Below are positions 26,012 to 39,600 of a stretch of 64,000 bases of DNA, in pieces (position 1 is the stretch's first letter; every line of letters begins with the position of its first letter). The stretch spans positions 7,936,001 to 8,000,000 of the forward strand of contig NW_026889753.1 in assembly GCF_033153115.1 (NCBI RefSeq), read 5' to 3'. Both the position numbers and the translations under genes were made by a program. The DNA is from Saccostrea echinata. Its lineage: Eukaryota. The notes below the pieces were generated by a model. The model was not told the origin of the DNA and did no database searches. It worked only from the letters and a program-made list of their open reading frames with translations.

Positions 26012-29000
26012 ATGTCTTTTCCGAAGGCAAACATCAAAAGATTCAATGAAGTGTCGGGTAAGTAGAAAGGCCAATCCGTATTACACATTTTTATTGTTAA
26101 GATTATGCAAGAAAAATTGAAACCAGTGCACGAAATTATTCTTATTTCGTGATGCAAAAGTGAAGTTGATTAAACTAATCTGAATGTTTGAAATTTAATG
26201 CTGGACAACAGAAAATCATAAAACACTGCACAAAGTACGCGGTACCTTTAGAGAAATATTTCCCCATTATCATGATTATGCATTTAAATCACAGGCTCAG
26301 GTTTCGTATGTACAGGGCAACCCCTCCTTTCTCTTTCCACAATGCACCTAACTCAATTTCAGACACCCCCAACCCTTCCCCACAAAAAGGGGGGATTAAG
26401 CTGCTTCTTAAATCAGTGTTTGAAACTTGTCGTCATACTTGCCAACCTCCAATCTATAAAAATCAGTTCATGAGTCATGACCCTCTTTGGAAAGTAAAAA
26501 ATCTGGATATAAATAGGGTTCGACTGGCCTTACTAGTGATTCTATATCTTTTTAGTCCACATGCTATTTTATGAGTCCGTCAAAAAAGGAAAGATCAATG
26601 ATTTGTTACATCTTTCTTTTATGTGTCATACTAAATATGATCACTAAAACATTGTAATACATTTTACTTCATATCAATCAGTCAAAAAATTAAATGCTGA
26701 ATTGACTCGAAATTGTCTAACTACCCATCAGGAAGCTAAAAATAAATGCAGGGTTTTCCAGTAAAAGATGTTAAGTATTGGACATCCGTATTTTTTTCAT
26801 ATTGATTTCCAGAAATTTTTTTTTCTATTTTGATTTATTTCTGTGAATTCAATTTCAGAAAAAAACTATTTCAAAACATAAAAAATATCATAAATACTAA
26901 TCAAAACTATAATTACAATGTACATTCATCATATTCATATGATACTAACTGGGCAAGTTATTTTTTTTATTAAGATTGAATTCATTAACTCATTCATATT
27001 ATCTTCAAGAAATAAAAAAAAAAAGGGGGGGGGGGGGACTGCATGACGATATTTGTCAGATTTATCAACTTCAGTTAGATTGGACAAGTTAAATTTTCAA
27101 ACTTTATTCCTTTAAATATATATTACGATGCATTGGTGAAATATAGGTAATTCCAGGTAAATCCCAGACTGAGATCAGACTATAATTGATATCAAAACAT
27201 ATTTCACACCTATTGTTCTATACCTAATTATCAAATGTGTGCAAAACGGTAACACACCCATTCGGGCTAATAACCACAGAATTTTTTAGTCCCATTGAAA
27301 ATGTATTAATCTGACTGAGACCAATGGACCCACGTTAGTGTCAAACCCTGTCATAAAGCATAAGGACATTCACAACATATTTACCATGGTTACATTATAT
27401 TTCATATTAAATATATTTATTTAAGAAATTTTTAAACCTGTTGCTATTTTTTAAAGAATATTTTAATAAAAATTATTTGATATGGCAAATATTTGTTTAC
27501 AGTAAATTATTGCCTTTTTCAAAAATTATTTTTATTCAAATGTAAAACCATATAAGTTCTTACATGGTCTACCTTGCAAGTGGCTGGCAAGTTGCAATCC
27601 TAAAAATTCATTCAAAAGATGTCTCAATCTAATTAAAATTAGATCCTTTATGCTCCTGTATTTTGTTATGTCGCTGTACAGCAACATAACAAAATACAGG
27701 AGCGTAAAGGATTTAATTTTAATTAGATTGAAAGACGTCTCAGGTCTGTTGTGACTAGGACTCAATCCCTAATATATAGACTGATGAGCTCTGCCACTTG
27801 ACCTATTATGCTTCGCTACCTGTTGAGCTGGTGGATTTTAGTTAGATTTATCAATGTAAATTTTAGTTAGTGAAAATTTGAATACATCAACATGGTCCAG
27901 CTGGGCATTGATACAAGTAAATTAAATCTCCCAAACCAAAATGTATGTTTCTCGGGTGGTCAGGCGCACAGATATTTCAACATTGCTTATAGGCAGCATT
28001 CTTAGGTCAAAGTTGTGAGTTTGAGAATAATCAGTGGTTGCAGGTATTGATATTTCACTTGAGATGGAGTTGGCAAAAGTTTAGTTTTCCAAATGGCACT
28101 GGTTTTCATGTTTTCCTGATACATTAAAAATTTGGGTGAATTAAAATGTTCAGTTTTTATATTGTGTATTTGTAAATTTGGATATTTCTATTCATCTTGC
28201 AGGATGTGCTCCCCCTGTAGGAGCATATGACCCCAAACTTTCTTCCAAACAGACAGGGGGCCTTATAGATAAATCAGAGAGGTTCAAGGCTCCACTAGGT
28301 AAACACATGGTAAAAGACACAAAGAATAGAAATATAATTGTTTTGAATGAAGATCAGTATCATAAGGTATAATTTTAAATTTTAATGACCTAGTGTAATG
28401 CAGTAAGGAAAATGGTACCAGGTGCTATTCAGTACATCAAGCAAATGTAGCCTTTTGGGTTGTAATATTTATTGATATGCTTTAAAACCATAACAATCAA
28501 CATGGTTTGACTCTAACTGTACATCTTTAGTCCAGGGAAAGAATCAAAAACATGATGAAAATGAACTCCAAGATCAGCTAACTTTTAAGCTACATTGCAG
28601 TTTGGGAAGAGAATGTCAATGCCTAGAAATCACTAAATTGCTTATACCTTCAATTATCTCTTAGTATTCAATCTAGTCCTGGTAACCTCTAACCAAGACT
28701 ACTGATTTAGATTTTTAACTAGTTTAGTGCATCTTTAGACTCATGGTTGAACTTTGGTACACTAAATTAAATATACTTGACAATTAATTTCTTTGCCTTG
28801 ACTAGATTCAGGATCAGATGTTTTGGATACACCATCAAAGAAAAGGATTCCTAATGACTCAGTATGCGGCAATACCTCAGTTGTAAGTAAATTCTAATCA
28901 GGCCCCAAGACCATAAACTCAGAACAGACTTAAGTCAAAATTTTGATTTTGAATATCTTGAGTTGTATTTAACCTACATACTTAAAATTTTGCAGGTTTG

Positions 29001-30657
29001 TATAATATTCCAGTATAAATATATGATGAAAATTTTGTTCTGTTATCAACATTATTTCAAAAGTTATGTGGATTTGAAATTTTGACTTAAGTCTGTTCTC
29101 AGTTTATGGTCTTGGGGCCAGGATATTGAAGTTTCGTTAAATGACTTTTAACTCCTCACAGTGAAACTGTATCATGCATTATTCTCTCCCCTCTGCTCTA
29201 GTTTGACTGCAGTGTCTTAAAACCTAAGGCAAAGAAAGCTGAACAGACTCCATCAGCTGATGCTATCAAGATAAAGGAGCTAGAAAGAGAGGTAATTTCA
29301 GAAAATTAGGAATTGTTTTCAATGATGTATTAAAATTAATTTTTTACAATTATTTTATTTAGTAGGTGACATATATAGGAATCCACTATTTTTTCAATGC
29401 TGCTTTGATAATTTGAATGTATGTAACCATTTTAATATTTTTCTTTTTCAACATGTTCAGCTAAAGCCTTTGTCACATTTTAAGCTCGATTGTTCCATAT
29501 GAAAGCAAGAAAAATATCACATCCCTTTTTTAGCTCACCTGAACTAAAAGCTCAAGTGATTTTTTTCTGATCACGTTTTCTCCATCGTCTAATTACCAGT
29601 CTATCTGTAAACTTTTCACATTTTTGAATTCTTCTCAAGAACCACTGGGACAGATAAGATGAAACTTATGCAGAAGTTTCATTACAAAGTTTAAATTCTA
29701 GTTTCTTCAATTCATGACCCCCGGGGATAGGGTGGGGCCACAAGGAGTGATCAAAATTTTACATAGGAATATAAAGTAAAAATCTTTAAAAATCCACCTC
29801 TCAAGTACAGCAAAGCCATGATTAGTCATGTTTATGGAAGCAACCTCGGGAAAAGTAGATTCAGATTTGTCCAAATCATGACCCCAGGGGTAGGATGGGG
29901 CAAAATGGGTGATCAAAGTTTTTCATAGAAATATATAGGAAAAATCTTGAAAAAAAATCTGTTGAAGAACAGCAGAGCCATGATTAGTCATATTTATATG
30001 GAAGCATCCTCAGGTAGTGTAGATTCAAGTTTGTTCAAATCATGACCCCCCCCTTCCCCCACCTTCAAGGCAGTAGGGTGGGGCCACAATGGGTGATCAA
30101 AGTTAAACATAGGAATATATATGGACAATCTGGAAAAAAAAATCTTCTTCTCCAGAACAGCAAAGCCATGATTAGTCATATTTATATGCAAGCATCCTGA
30201 GAAATGTAGATTCAAGTTTGTTCAAATCATGACTTCCGGCTATAGGGTGATCAAAGTTTCACATAGAATCTTATTGGAAAAAATCTTTAAAAAGCTTCTT
30301 CTCAAATGCAGCAATGTCATGATAGAAATATTATATGGAATCATCCTCAGGTAGATTCAAGTTTGTTTGAATCATGACCCCAGAATGTAGGGTAGGGTCA
30401 TAATGGGCAAGCAAAGTTTTACATAGCAAAAAAATAAGGAAAAATCAAAAAAAGCAAAACCATTATTAGTCATATTTATATTGAGCCTATTTGAGGCATC
30501 CTCAGGTTTTGTAGAATCAAGTTTGTGCAAAACTTCACCGTAGGGGCACAATATGTGATAAAAGTTTTATATTGGAATAGATAGGAAAAAACCTTTGCTG
30601 ATGATGAAGTGCAGGGCCGTTAGTTAATCAGGTGAGCATTATGGCTCATGGGCCTCT

Positions 30658-30696
<39 letters not shown>

Positions 30697-33600
30697 CTAA
30701 ACATACATCATGTATTTTAAGTACAATCACATGACTATTTAACAATGCTTTATCTAGACATCAACAAGGGATGTTAATCAAGCATTGAAAGTACACCCTC
30801 TGCCAACAGAAATGTAAGGAACAAGAAGAATCACAATGTCTCTCATTATCATGATTATAGATGTCAGCTTTTTGGTTTGTTTAGGCTATAATTTTTTTCT
30901 AATGGAGAAACATTAGGAACATAAACTTTGCATAAAGGTTGCTTATGACCAGAAGCTGTGTCCTAATCCTAATCCATGGTCATTTAGACAAGATAAAGAT
31001 TGAAAAGTTAAAGTTGAAAATTACTTGTACAGGCTGTAAATAGGTAATGAAGAAATTACCAATTTTCCTGACACCATGGTTGCTGTGTAAAAAAGTGTAC
31101 AATATTCTTCAGGGGGCTTTCATACCGTATAACATAAGGAACCTTTTAAAATCAGTTTAATATACTTGTGTGCAATATTCCTATTATATTTGTTTTTAAT
31201 GTGTCTGGTAGGGATCCACCATTATGTGTGATTTGAGTGAATAAACTGAACTTTAATTTGAAATAAATTTCACAGAGAAAGGTCTAGTTTTGAGTACTGT
31301 AAATGTACTAATTTCCAGAGGCTCATATTTTTGTGGAATGACTATTCCTATTCACTGGGTAGGTAGAAAATGATGCTGATTTCTTGGATTGCCTTTGTTT
31401 GTCTTAAATGCACTTGAAGTATGCTAGGACAAATTTCTGCAGAAAATTTGTGCCAGTGTACATAGTGTAAATAAATCCCAAGCAGAAAAAAGTAAGTCTA
31501 CAGTACATGTATTCGACTCTTTAACATTATATTATAAATTTATAATATTTACTGATGCTTTCAGATTCGAATTCTTTTACAAGAGAGAACAAACAGAGAC
31601 AGGGTTTTAAGTCATCGAGAGGAAGAAATAACAAAATTAGAGGGTCGTTTAGTAAATGCTCAGACTGACCGAAGCTCTCTGACTGCCAAAGTTGCCACAC
31701 TGGAGAAATCCATGAAAGATGCCAACAAAAGCAATGACCTTTTGAAAAACAAGGTAAAACAGATGGGCAGTTTTAGGCTTTCTTTTTCTTTCTTTCTTTT
31801 TTTTCTTTCTGTAAATCACTTCTTATTTGTGAGATCTTTATCTTGCATAATTACACAAAATCTGCTCTAGAAAATTTATTCTTGTATATATTTGTTTTAT
31901 TAAAGGTTATATTAAACAATAACCAAAATATATTCTTGCTTATAAATACCAAATAACTGTTTTGCAAAAATAGGATGTTGCCAAAAATTGATATTCTACA
32001 GTAGATTCCAAACTTAGGGAAACCCTGAAATTACCCAAACTTGTTTTGTGAAATTTACAATACATTCTGTATAATTTTACTTGGCACATCCTTATAACCT
32101 CAATTTGGTGGTATTGAGAGATGATGATGATATATGTATTTTGGAAATCTTTTAGATCTCAGCAACAGAAAATGCAGGGAAGAGAAACGAAGCTGCACTG
32201 GCGGAACTTTCCAATCTGAAATATCAACTTGAATTGAAAGACAAAGAAATCCACAGACTTTGCCAGGAGTTAGATACCTTGAGAAAATCTCAACTGTCTG
32301 ATTTTGAATTATTTGAATCTATTATAGTCTCTCTGGAAAACAAAGTTGATAATTTTGGTAAGCATATGGATTAAAACCTCTGATTTTGCAATATTTGAAT
32401 TTTTCATATTTATTTGAAAAACAAAGTTGTCAATATCGCTAAGCATATTGTTAAAAGAAAAATATTTCATAGAATATTTTGGATGTGTTAACTTTTGCTC
32501 ATTGAAACAATTTTCTTGCTGCAAGTCAACCCTGAAAAAAATGGAGTTAAAGGTTACCCGTTTCAAAGATAGATTAATACAGTAATTTCATGTATGTTGT
32601 AGCAGAAGTTGGTAAACTTTGTGGATCTCCTCAGAAAATTGAATCAATAAAAACAGACTCAAACAAAACGGGGGAACCAGTTCCAGCTAGTGGGAAACCA
32701 GGCACATCAAAGAGAAATGTTGAGGTATATTGCACTGTTGTTAACCACAAATATCGCATTCTTTAATGAAACATGGTTATAATTTTTCCAGCATTAAAAA
32801 ATATCGAAAAAAATAATATGGAGGGAAAAAAAGCTTACTTTTAAGAACCTGTTCCTGATAGTTATGCTTGTTTACATGCAGATGGTATGGGTTATAAAGA
32901 AGATAAAACAGGGATAGAAAAATAAGGGGAAAAAATCCTATTAACCTTTATCTATTGGTTATAGTAATTTACAAGCTGATGACACAGGCTGTGTCACACA
33001 GCTAGAAAGAAAGGAGATCTACAGTGAGGAAACACACATAAAAGTAAAAGCTCAGACTTGTCGAAATTTTGAAATCACTGTCAGACATTTGGTCTGACAA
33101 AGTCAAATGTTCTGTCGGACCGGACGAATGTTTGTCAGACCAGATACATGTACTTGTACCTTATTTTGACGCTGAGAAAGGAAAATAAATAACAGTACCA
33201 AAATGCCCTTTATTATTTTCAACAGCCTTCAATTATCTCACAAGTATCTTTTCTTAGGATAGAGAGTCTTTAATAGGAGACATAAATAACAAATTTTATG
33301 TCTTTGCTGTAACTATTTAAATTGACCATCGTCCCCACGCGGACATCTTTCTGTGTTTGTGACCTTCAATTGCGCATCCCGATCCCGACTTTTTGAAAAA
33401 ATTGCGTCACGCTCGATTTTTTCAAACGGTTATTTGGACCGACATTTTAATAAAAGTTATCAGTCCAGACAAATTTTTACCGGCCCTGCCGACAGGACCG
33501 ATGGATTTCGACAAGTCTGAAGCTTTGTTTTAATATGGATACACAATGTGATAGACATAGTTAAAATGTTTTTGTTATTAAGTATAAGAGCACTATGTAG

Positions 33601-36600
33601 TGGCCATATTATAAACTGTCAAATTTAGTAAACAGTTTAGTTTATGAGATTTATCAGGAATGTTTGAATTTAATGCTCTTGAGATTGAAGATCATGGGGT
33701 GTATTTCTTTTGATCATTATTTCTTTCTCTATGCACAACTACAACATTGATAAAAGCTTTTTAAGTAAACAGCATAATCTTCATATTTGGCACAAACAGG
33801 GGATAAAAGAATGTGCGTGGCACAAAGTAATTAACTAAATGTCAAGTCTCATATATTTAAATCTATAAAATTATTGTCTTGTCCATAAATTTCTGAGAAA
33901 CATTAGATGCTGTTTTGGGGAAATAAGTATTTAAATTATTCTGAGAATAAGACCCTTGTCCATTTGAGTGTGAAGAGTTCTTGTCCAGTCCATGATATTG
34001 TACCATAGGACTGGCGGTAAATTTAGATTTTGCTTTCATGTTGCTGTGGTGTATTTGCCAGAAGAATCACAGTTTTTTTTTAAGTCACGCCCACCTTTTG
34101 GCATCAAGCCATACTGTGTCAAGACCTTGACTAATGAATGAATGATGTCAATTTCAATACCAAGGCAATGGCTGATGAATGAATTAAGTCAACATTTTAA
34201 ATTTCAAAAATACTAACATTATTTAGCTTGTCGGTGTCCGCTTCATAAATGGTTCTGTATGCTTTCTCCGTGTATCCTTAATCAGTAAATGATACGTCCT
34301 ATCTCGAATTCTCATCATTTTCTTTCCCGTCTCCAAATACATATAGCAATTTCACATCAGAAGTCCCCGCATTTTTTTTACTTCCAATACCATTTCAAAC
34401 TTTCATTAAAATGTCACAAATCATTTCATTTTTTTCTGTACGCCGATTGCCGTAAAGAAAAAGTTCACTGCCGATGTTTCCCATATCCATCCCCCCTTTT
34501 TTCAAAAAAAAAATCTAGAAAGACAACTTTTCTTTCAGAGTTGACGGCTTGAACATAAAAGCCTACAATCGCTACCCCTATACCTGTACCTGACAAAAAT
34601 CATGTTTTCTGCGTCTTCAACATTTCAAAGGTACAATATCTTCACACGTACCAATTCCGATTTTTTTATCAACAACTTATAGTAGCAGTGCCGCAGTAAA
34701 GTATGATCCTTGCAGATGGAGACAGCTATTTATACAGACTCCGGACCGTGTCTTGACACCTCGTAGTAGGCGGTGCTATTTATCAACTCCCTTTTCTCTC
34801 ATTGGTCCTCTGGTACAAGTAACTTACACAATAGATATTAATTGGTTAGCTGTAAATACACTCACAGTTTTTATTCACTCAGGGCTCCGCCCCTCGTGAA
34901 TGAAAAACTGTGAGTGTATTTACAGGTAACCAATTAATATCTATAGTGTAACTATGACTTGTCCATAACATTGTAATGGAGAGTGTTAACCATTCATACT
35001 TGTTGTAACAAAGATAAAAGCTGTGATCAAAGGATGCGTCCTAAGGCCAAAAAAAAAAAAAATCTTGTTTCCTGCTACCAGCCTGAAAAAAATAGGGTAG
35101 GTAGGTAGGACAATTATTTTATTTTATATTTTTATTTTATTTTTTCCGACAACATTTTTTGGATATGAACTAATACAAGATAAAATTAAACATGTCACAG
35201 GTCAACATTGTCTTTTAAAATTGAATTTCATGTCTTTTATGCACAACTCAAGTGGTATTTTATGAAAGTCCATATTTAAAACAAGAATTTCATGAAATGC
35301 TTGTTTTGTGTTAACACGGAAACCGATTACAGTGACAGAACGATGAAATTCCAGAAATTCCCGATTTTTTTTCTTCCAAAACTTGAAAAAAAACTTTAGG
35401 GTCGGGTGCAAAAAAATAGGGTAGGTCGGGTAGCAGGAAACAAGACTATTATTTTTTTTGGCCTAACCTAAACCAGGGTAATCTGGACAAGGTTATATAG
35501 TAAAACCTCTCCCTGTTAAAACTGGTCCAAGCTTGGGGGTCATTAATGTTTAAAACACACTTCTTGTTAACATGTAATTTGTTGGGGGAAATAGATGATC
35601 ATTAAAATGTGCAGTATACAATTTCAAGTTGCATGTGTCTTTGCTCTCAAGATGCAGAAAATGTACACGTATACCGGTATATTCATTTCATATTGTAGTC
35701 TTTTGTGATTTCTCTTTATGACGAGACTGGAAAGCATTGATGCATGCAAAAAAAATTATTTATGGTATTCATTTGCATATTTCAGAAACTTAAAAATAGA
35801 TTTGAGAAGGCCATTCTGGTGTACAGCAGTAAGGTGGACAGTTTGAGACACTCCATGCAGGAGAAGTATAACACAGCAAGACAAGAACAGGAAAGTTTAG
35901 AAGCCACACTTAGAAAAACAGAAGAAAACATGTTACAGCAGTCTAAGGAGATACAGACAGAGAGGTGAGAATCTGTAGGGACATATAGTCAGAGAGGTGA
36001 AGGGTCACTGTGTGCCTTAAGACATACAGTTCATACAGTCCAGGTGAGATGGTCCTAAGTAAGTTATTGCAGTTGTTTAATGCCCTGTTCACACGGAGAG
36101 TTTAATTCGAATTAAACGTAAGTTACTGCGAATTAAATTTGATCCGCGTTCACACGGAGAATTTAATGCGAATTAGTTTAATTCGAATTAGTTTACTGCG
36201 CATTAAATTACTTCGCATTAGCTCCGTGTGAACGCTAAGCGAAGCTAATTCGAATTAAATTTTGACGCATGCGTAAGGGCAGAATTAAGTCACATGCCAC
36301 ATGTCGCTGGTCAAATATAGGTATTTGCATTATTTTTGAGTGGAAAACAAAGGAAAACTATGTTAATCACTAAAAACTGTACAGACACTATGAAATTATG
36401 CCAAATGTACATCTGCTCTGCACAGTGTGACGTGACTTGCAAATGACGTCATAATAGCCTAACTGAATAGCCTTATAGTAGAAATAAAATTTTGATTCGC
36501 ATTAGCTGTCATGTGAACGCAATTTAATTCGCATTAGTTTAATTCGCATCATTTTACTTCGCATTAATTTACTGCGAATTAAACTCTCCGTGTGAACAGG

Positions 36601-39600
36601 GCATAAGGGTAGTTTTTAAGAGGTTATGTGTCTGTAAACACTTAAAACATGCAGTGGGAGAAACAAAGATTCATTGTCAAATAAGATGCAACTGTTTAAA
36701 AAACATACCGTGTGGGAAGTTTGAGGTCATTAGTAAGATAAAAACGGTCTAAGGACTAGAAGTCATAGAAGTGAGTTGTCATTAATCAGTTACTGCACTC
36801 TCAGGACAATCAGCCATTAGGATAATGGGTCATGTTACAAGTCTTAATGTGCACAATCCAGTGGATAAAGGGTCACTATAAGTTACAAAAGTCTGGAACA
36901 TACAGTCAGAGGGGCAAGAGGTCATAAATAAGTTATAATGCTGAGAAATTTTAATGAAAAACAAAACAAGCTTTGTCACATTTTTGCATTTAATGTATTG
37001 CCAATCCAAGATGCATGTATTTAGAGTCCATGTTTTTGTTAGTATGAATAAAAAGATCAAGAATTAGAAAAAAATGTGACAGTTTAATTTTTTAAATATA
37101 CATGTATTTAGAGAAAAGACAAAAGACCAGAGGAAGTTGCTGTACAGTAAGATCAGGAGCCTTACAGACAGGAACTGGACCAAGGAGGATGAAGTCAGGT
37201 AAACATAGATTCCATCTCTGACACTCAGCTCAGCTGAAGGTCATAAAACAAGGATAATTCCTTTCCTTTGCAGGGGACTCAGCTTTAGATATTTATTATA
37301 TACATGTGATTAAGGAAATACAAATGAATCAGAGGCTGTTATGTTTTTGTTTTTAAGATTTCTGAAGGGAGAGGTATCGGCAGTGTCCAATCTGGCCGGG
37401 GAGATGGACCAGGAAACTTTTGAGCTGGAGGCTGAGGTTGCTGTACTGACGGAGAAGATGGATCAGTTAGAAGAGTAAAACTGAAAACATATGTTCTTCT
37501 TTATTAATATACATGTATTTAGGGCTCCGGAAGGATTTGTGGGTGCCCTATAGTAATCACTCTGTCTGTCTGTCCATCTATCATTCTTCCGTCCACAAAT
37601 TTTCTGATTTTTTCTAATAACTTTTTTTTATGGTTAACCATTTAAGTCCAAATTTGGTATGTTGGTTAAATAGGCAGTAAGACATATTTTGATGTTAAGT
37701 TTAAAACAAACCAGTAGAGCTACATTCTCTTTAGATACTTCTTGTCCTTTCATTGTTTGAAATGTGAATAGCAACTTTTTTTTTGCTTTCAAGGGAGAAA
37801 AATACTTTGAATGAAAACATAAGGATTCTAATGGAAAAATTTCAGATTCTGGAGAAAAATCATGGTATGTATATGTCTATGTACAGATATGGTCTTACAT
37901 CTAAATAAGCAAGTTATATTATATTAATATTGGTAAAACAATGAACTATACACTAAGGATTTGGAAACATCATTACAGATTAAATAAACTGATGTACCAA
38001 AGATGCTAACATATATTAAGTACATGTATCTGATCTCCTCTGATGTATATTTACATGTAAACCAACCATAAATTGCATTCTTATAATTGTAGGACAAGAG
38101 AGAAAGTTCAGTGGAGAGATTATAGAGAATCTGAAGTACCAGCTAGGTATTGCTCAGACAAGTCTTGCTGACATCCAGAAAGAGAAATGTTGTCTGGAGG
38201 AAAAAAATAATGAGCTTATAAGGAAAATGCATGACCAGTTGGTAAGCATATAGAACACTAAGCATATACTGTAACCAACTTTTATTCATGTGCAAGAGAT
38301 ATCCGCAGGTTTTTCACCTTTTTTTCATGCAAATTTTTCATCAGGAACAGTTATTTTAATTGTATATACAGTGGCACCTCGTTTATCCGGACGCCTCTGT
38401 CCCCAACGAAATCGTCCGGATAAATGAATCGTCCGGATAATTGAATCACATATCAAAAAGCACTCTCTATATAAGCATGTATATATGCACATTCTTGTTT
38501 CAAATGTGACAGCAAAGAAAAACAAACTTTTAAATTATATTTTGGTTAATTGTTTTAAGAGCAGTAATTTATTAATGAAAAAATATAGAAAAATGTAATT
38601 TACACAATAAAAAAAATGGATGGCCAATTTTATGCCGAGACCTCCTTTTTTAATTCACCTTCTCTTTGACATGTGACTTCATGGGTTGAGCAAATTTTGA
38701 TCTACTGTTGTTTTATTTTGCCATATATTATAATTATTGAAACTTATATGATATGACAGAACTGTTCAGCACCATCATTGAAAATGTTCAATTATAAACT
38801 AACCCGGTATATTCCCCGTATATTCATTACACAGGGTTACTGTAAAACTAATCAAACAAAGTATTAAAAACATTCGTAAACGCAAGCCATCTTCATGATT
38901 ATCAATATTATTTTTTTCTACAGACGCTAAGTTTGAATTTCGATCCTTAAAAAATACCTTGAAAAACGTAATCAACTTCTGTATGTAACGCCAGTTTTAT
39001 ATGTAATGGACGTTTGTAAACAGTAGTACATTAGATAGAGATATTTCTTCTATTATGTACCTTTCTATACTGTCTTGTGGGAAAAAGGTGTTTCAAATAC
39101 ATTTACGTTTTTTAGAAATGGAACATCGTATTTTAAACTAACGTAATCGACATGATAAAGAGCATTACGAAATCGCTCGTTATTTATTGTTCATTTTATT
39201 TACAACTCTCCAAAATTCTCCTGAATTTGCCGATGTATATACGGTTAGCAAATGAATATGATTTGGAACGGATTATTATTTAATTAATGCACAGTGTCAG
39301 CTAAATTCTTTGAGCTTCATAATAAAGATAAACGTGTGATTGAATTGGGGTAAACACACGCTAATTATAGACGCTATTGTTTGTAGGTCACAGGTAACCG
39401 CCTTCAAATTGACTGCATGGCCAATGTTTTTACAACAATTAACTCGAATGCAAGATAAGTGTGAAAATGTCGTTTTTGAAAAATAACCGTCCGGATAAAC
39501 GAGTCATTTTTCAATGAACTATTATGTTTTGTAGTAGAAATTGACCGTCCGGATACGGAACGCGAATTTCCGGATTAATGAGACAAAATAACGTGGAAAA

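Noticed and set aside
29700-30560. CRISPR-like periodic array
   Set aside because: Whole ~165-bp units repeat with no unique spacers; eukaryotic context with no cas genes.
37474-38093. Apparent HMMR frameshift or non-canonical intron
   Set aside because: Resolved by a 71-bp exon at 37794-37864 that restores phase.
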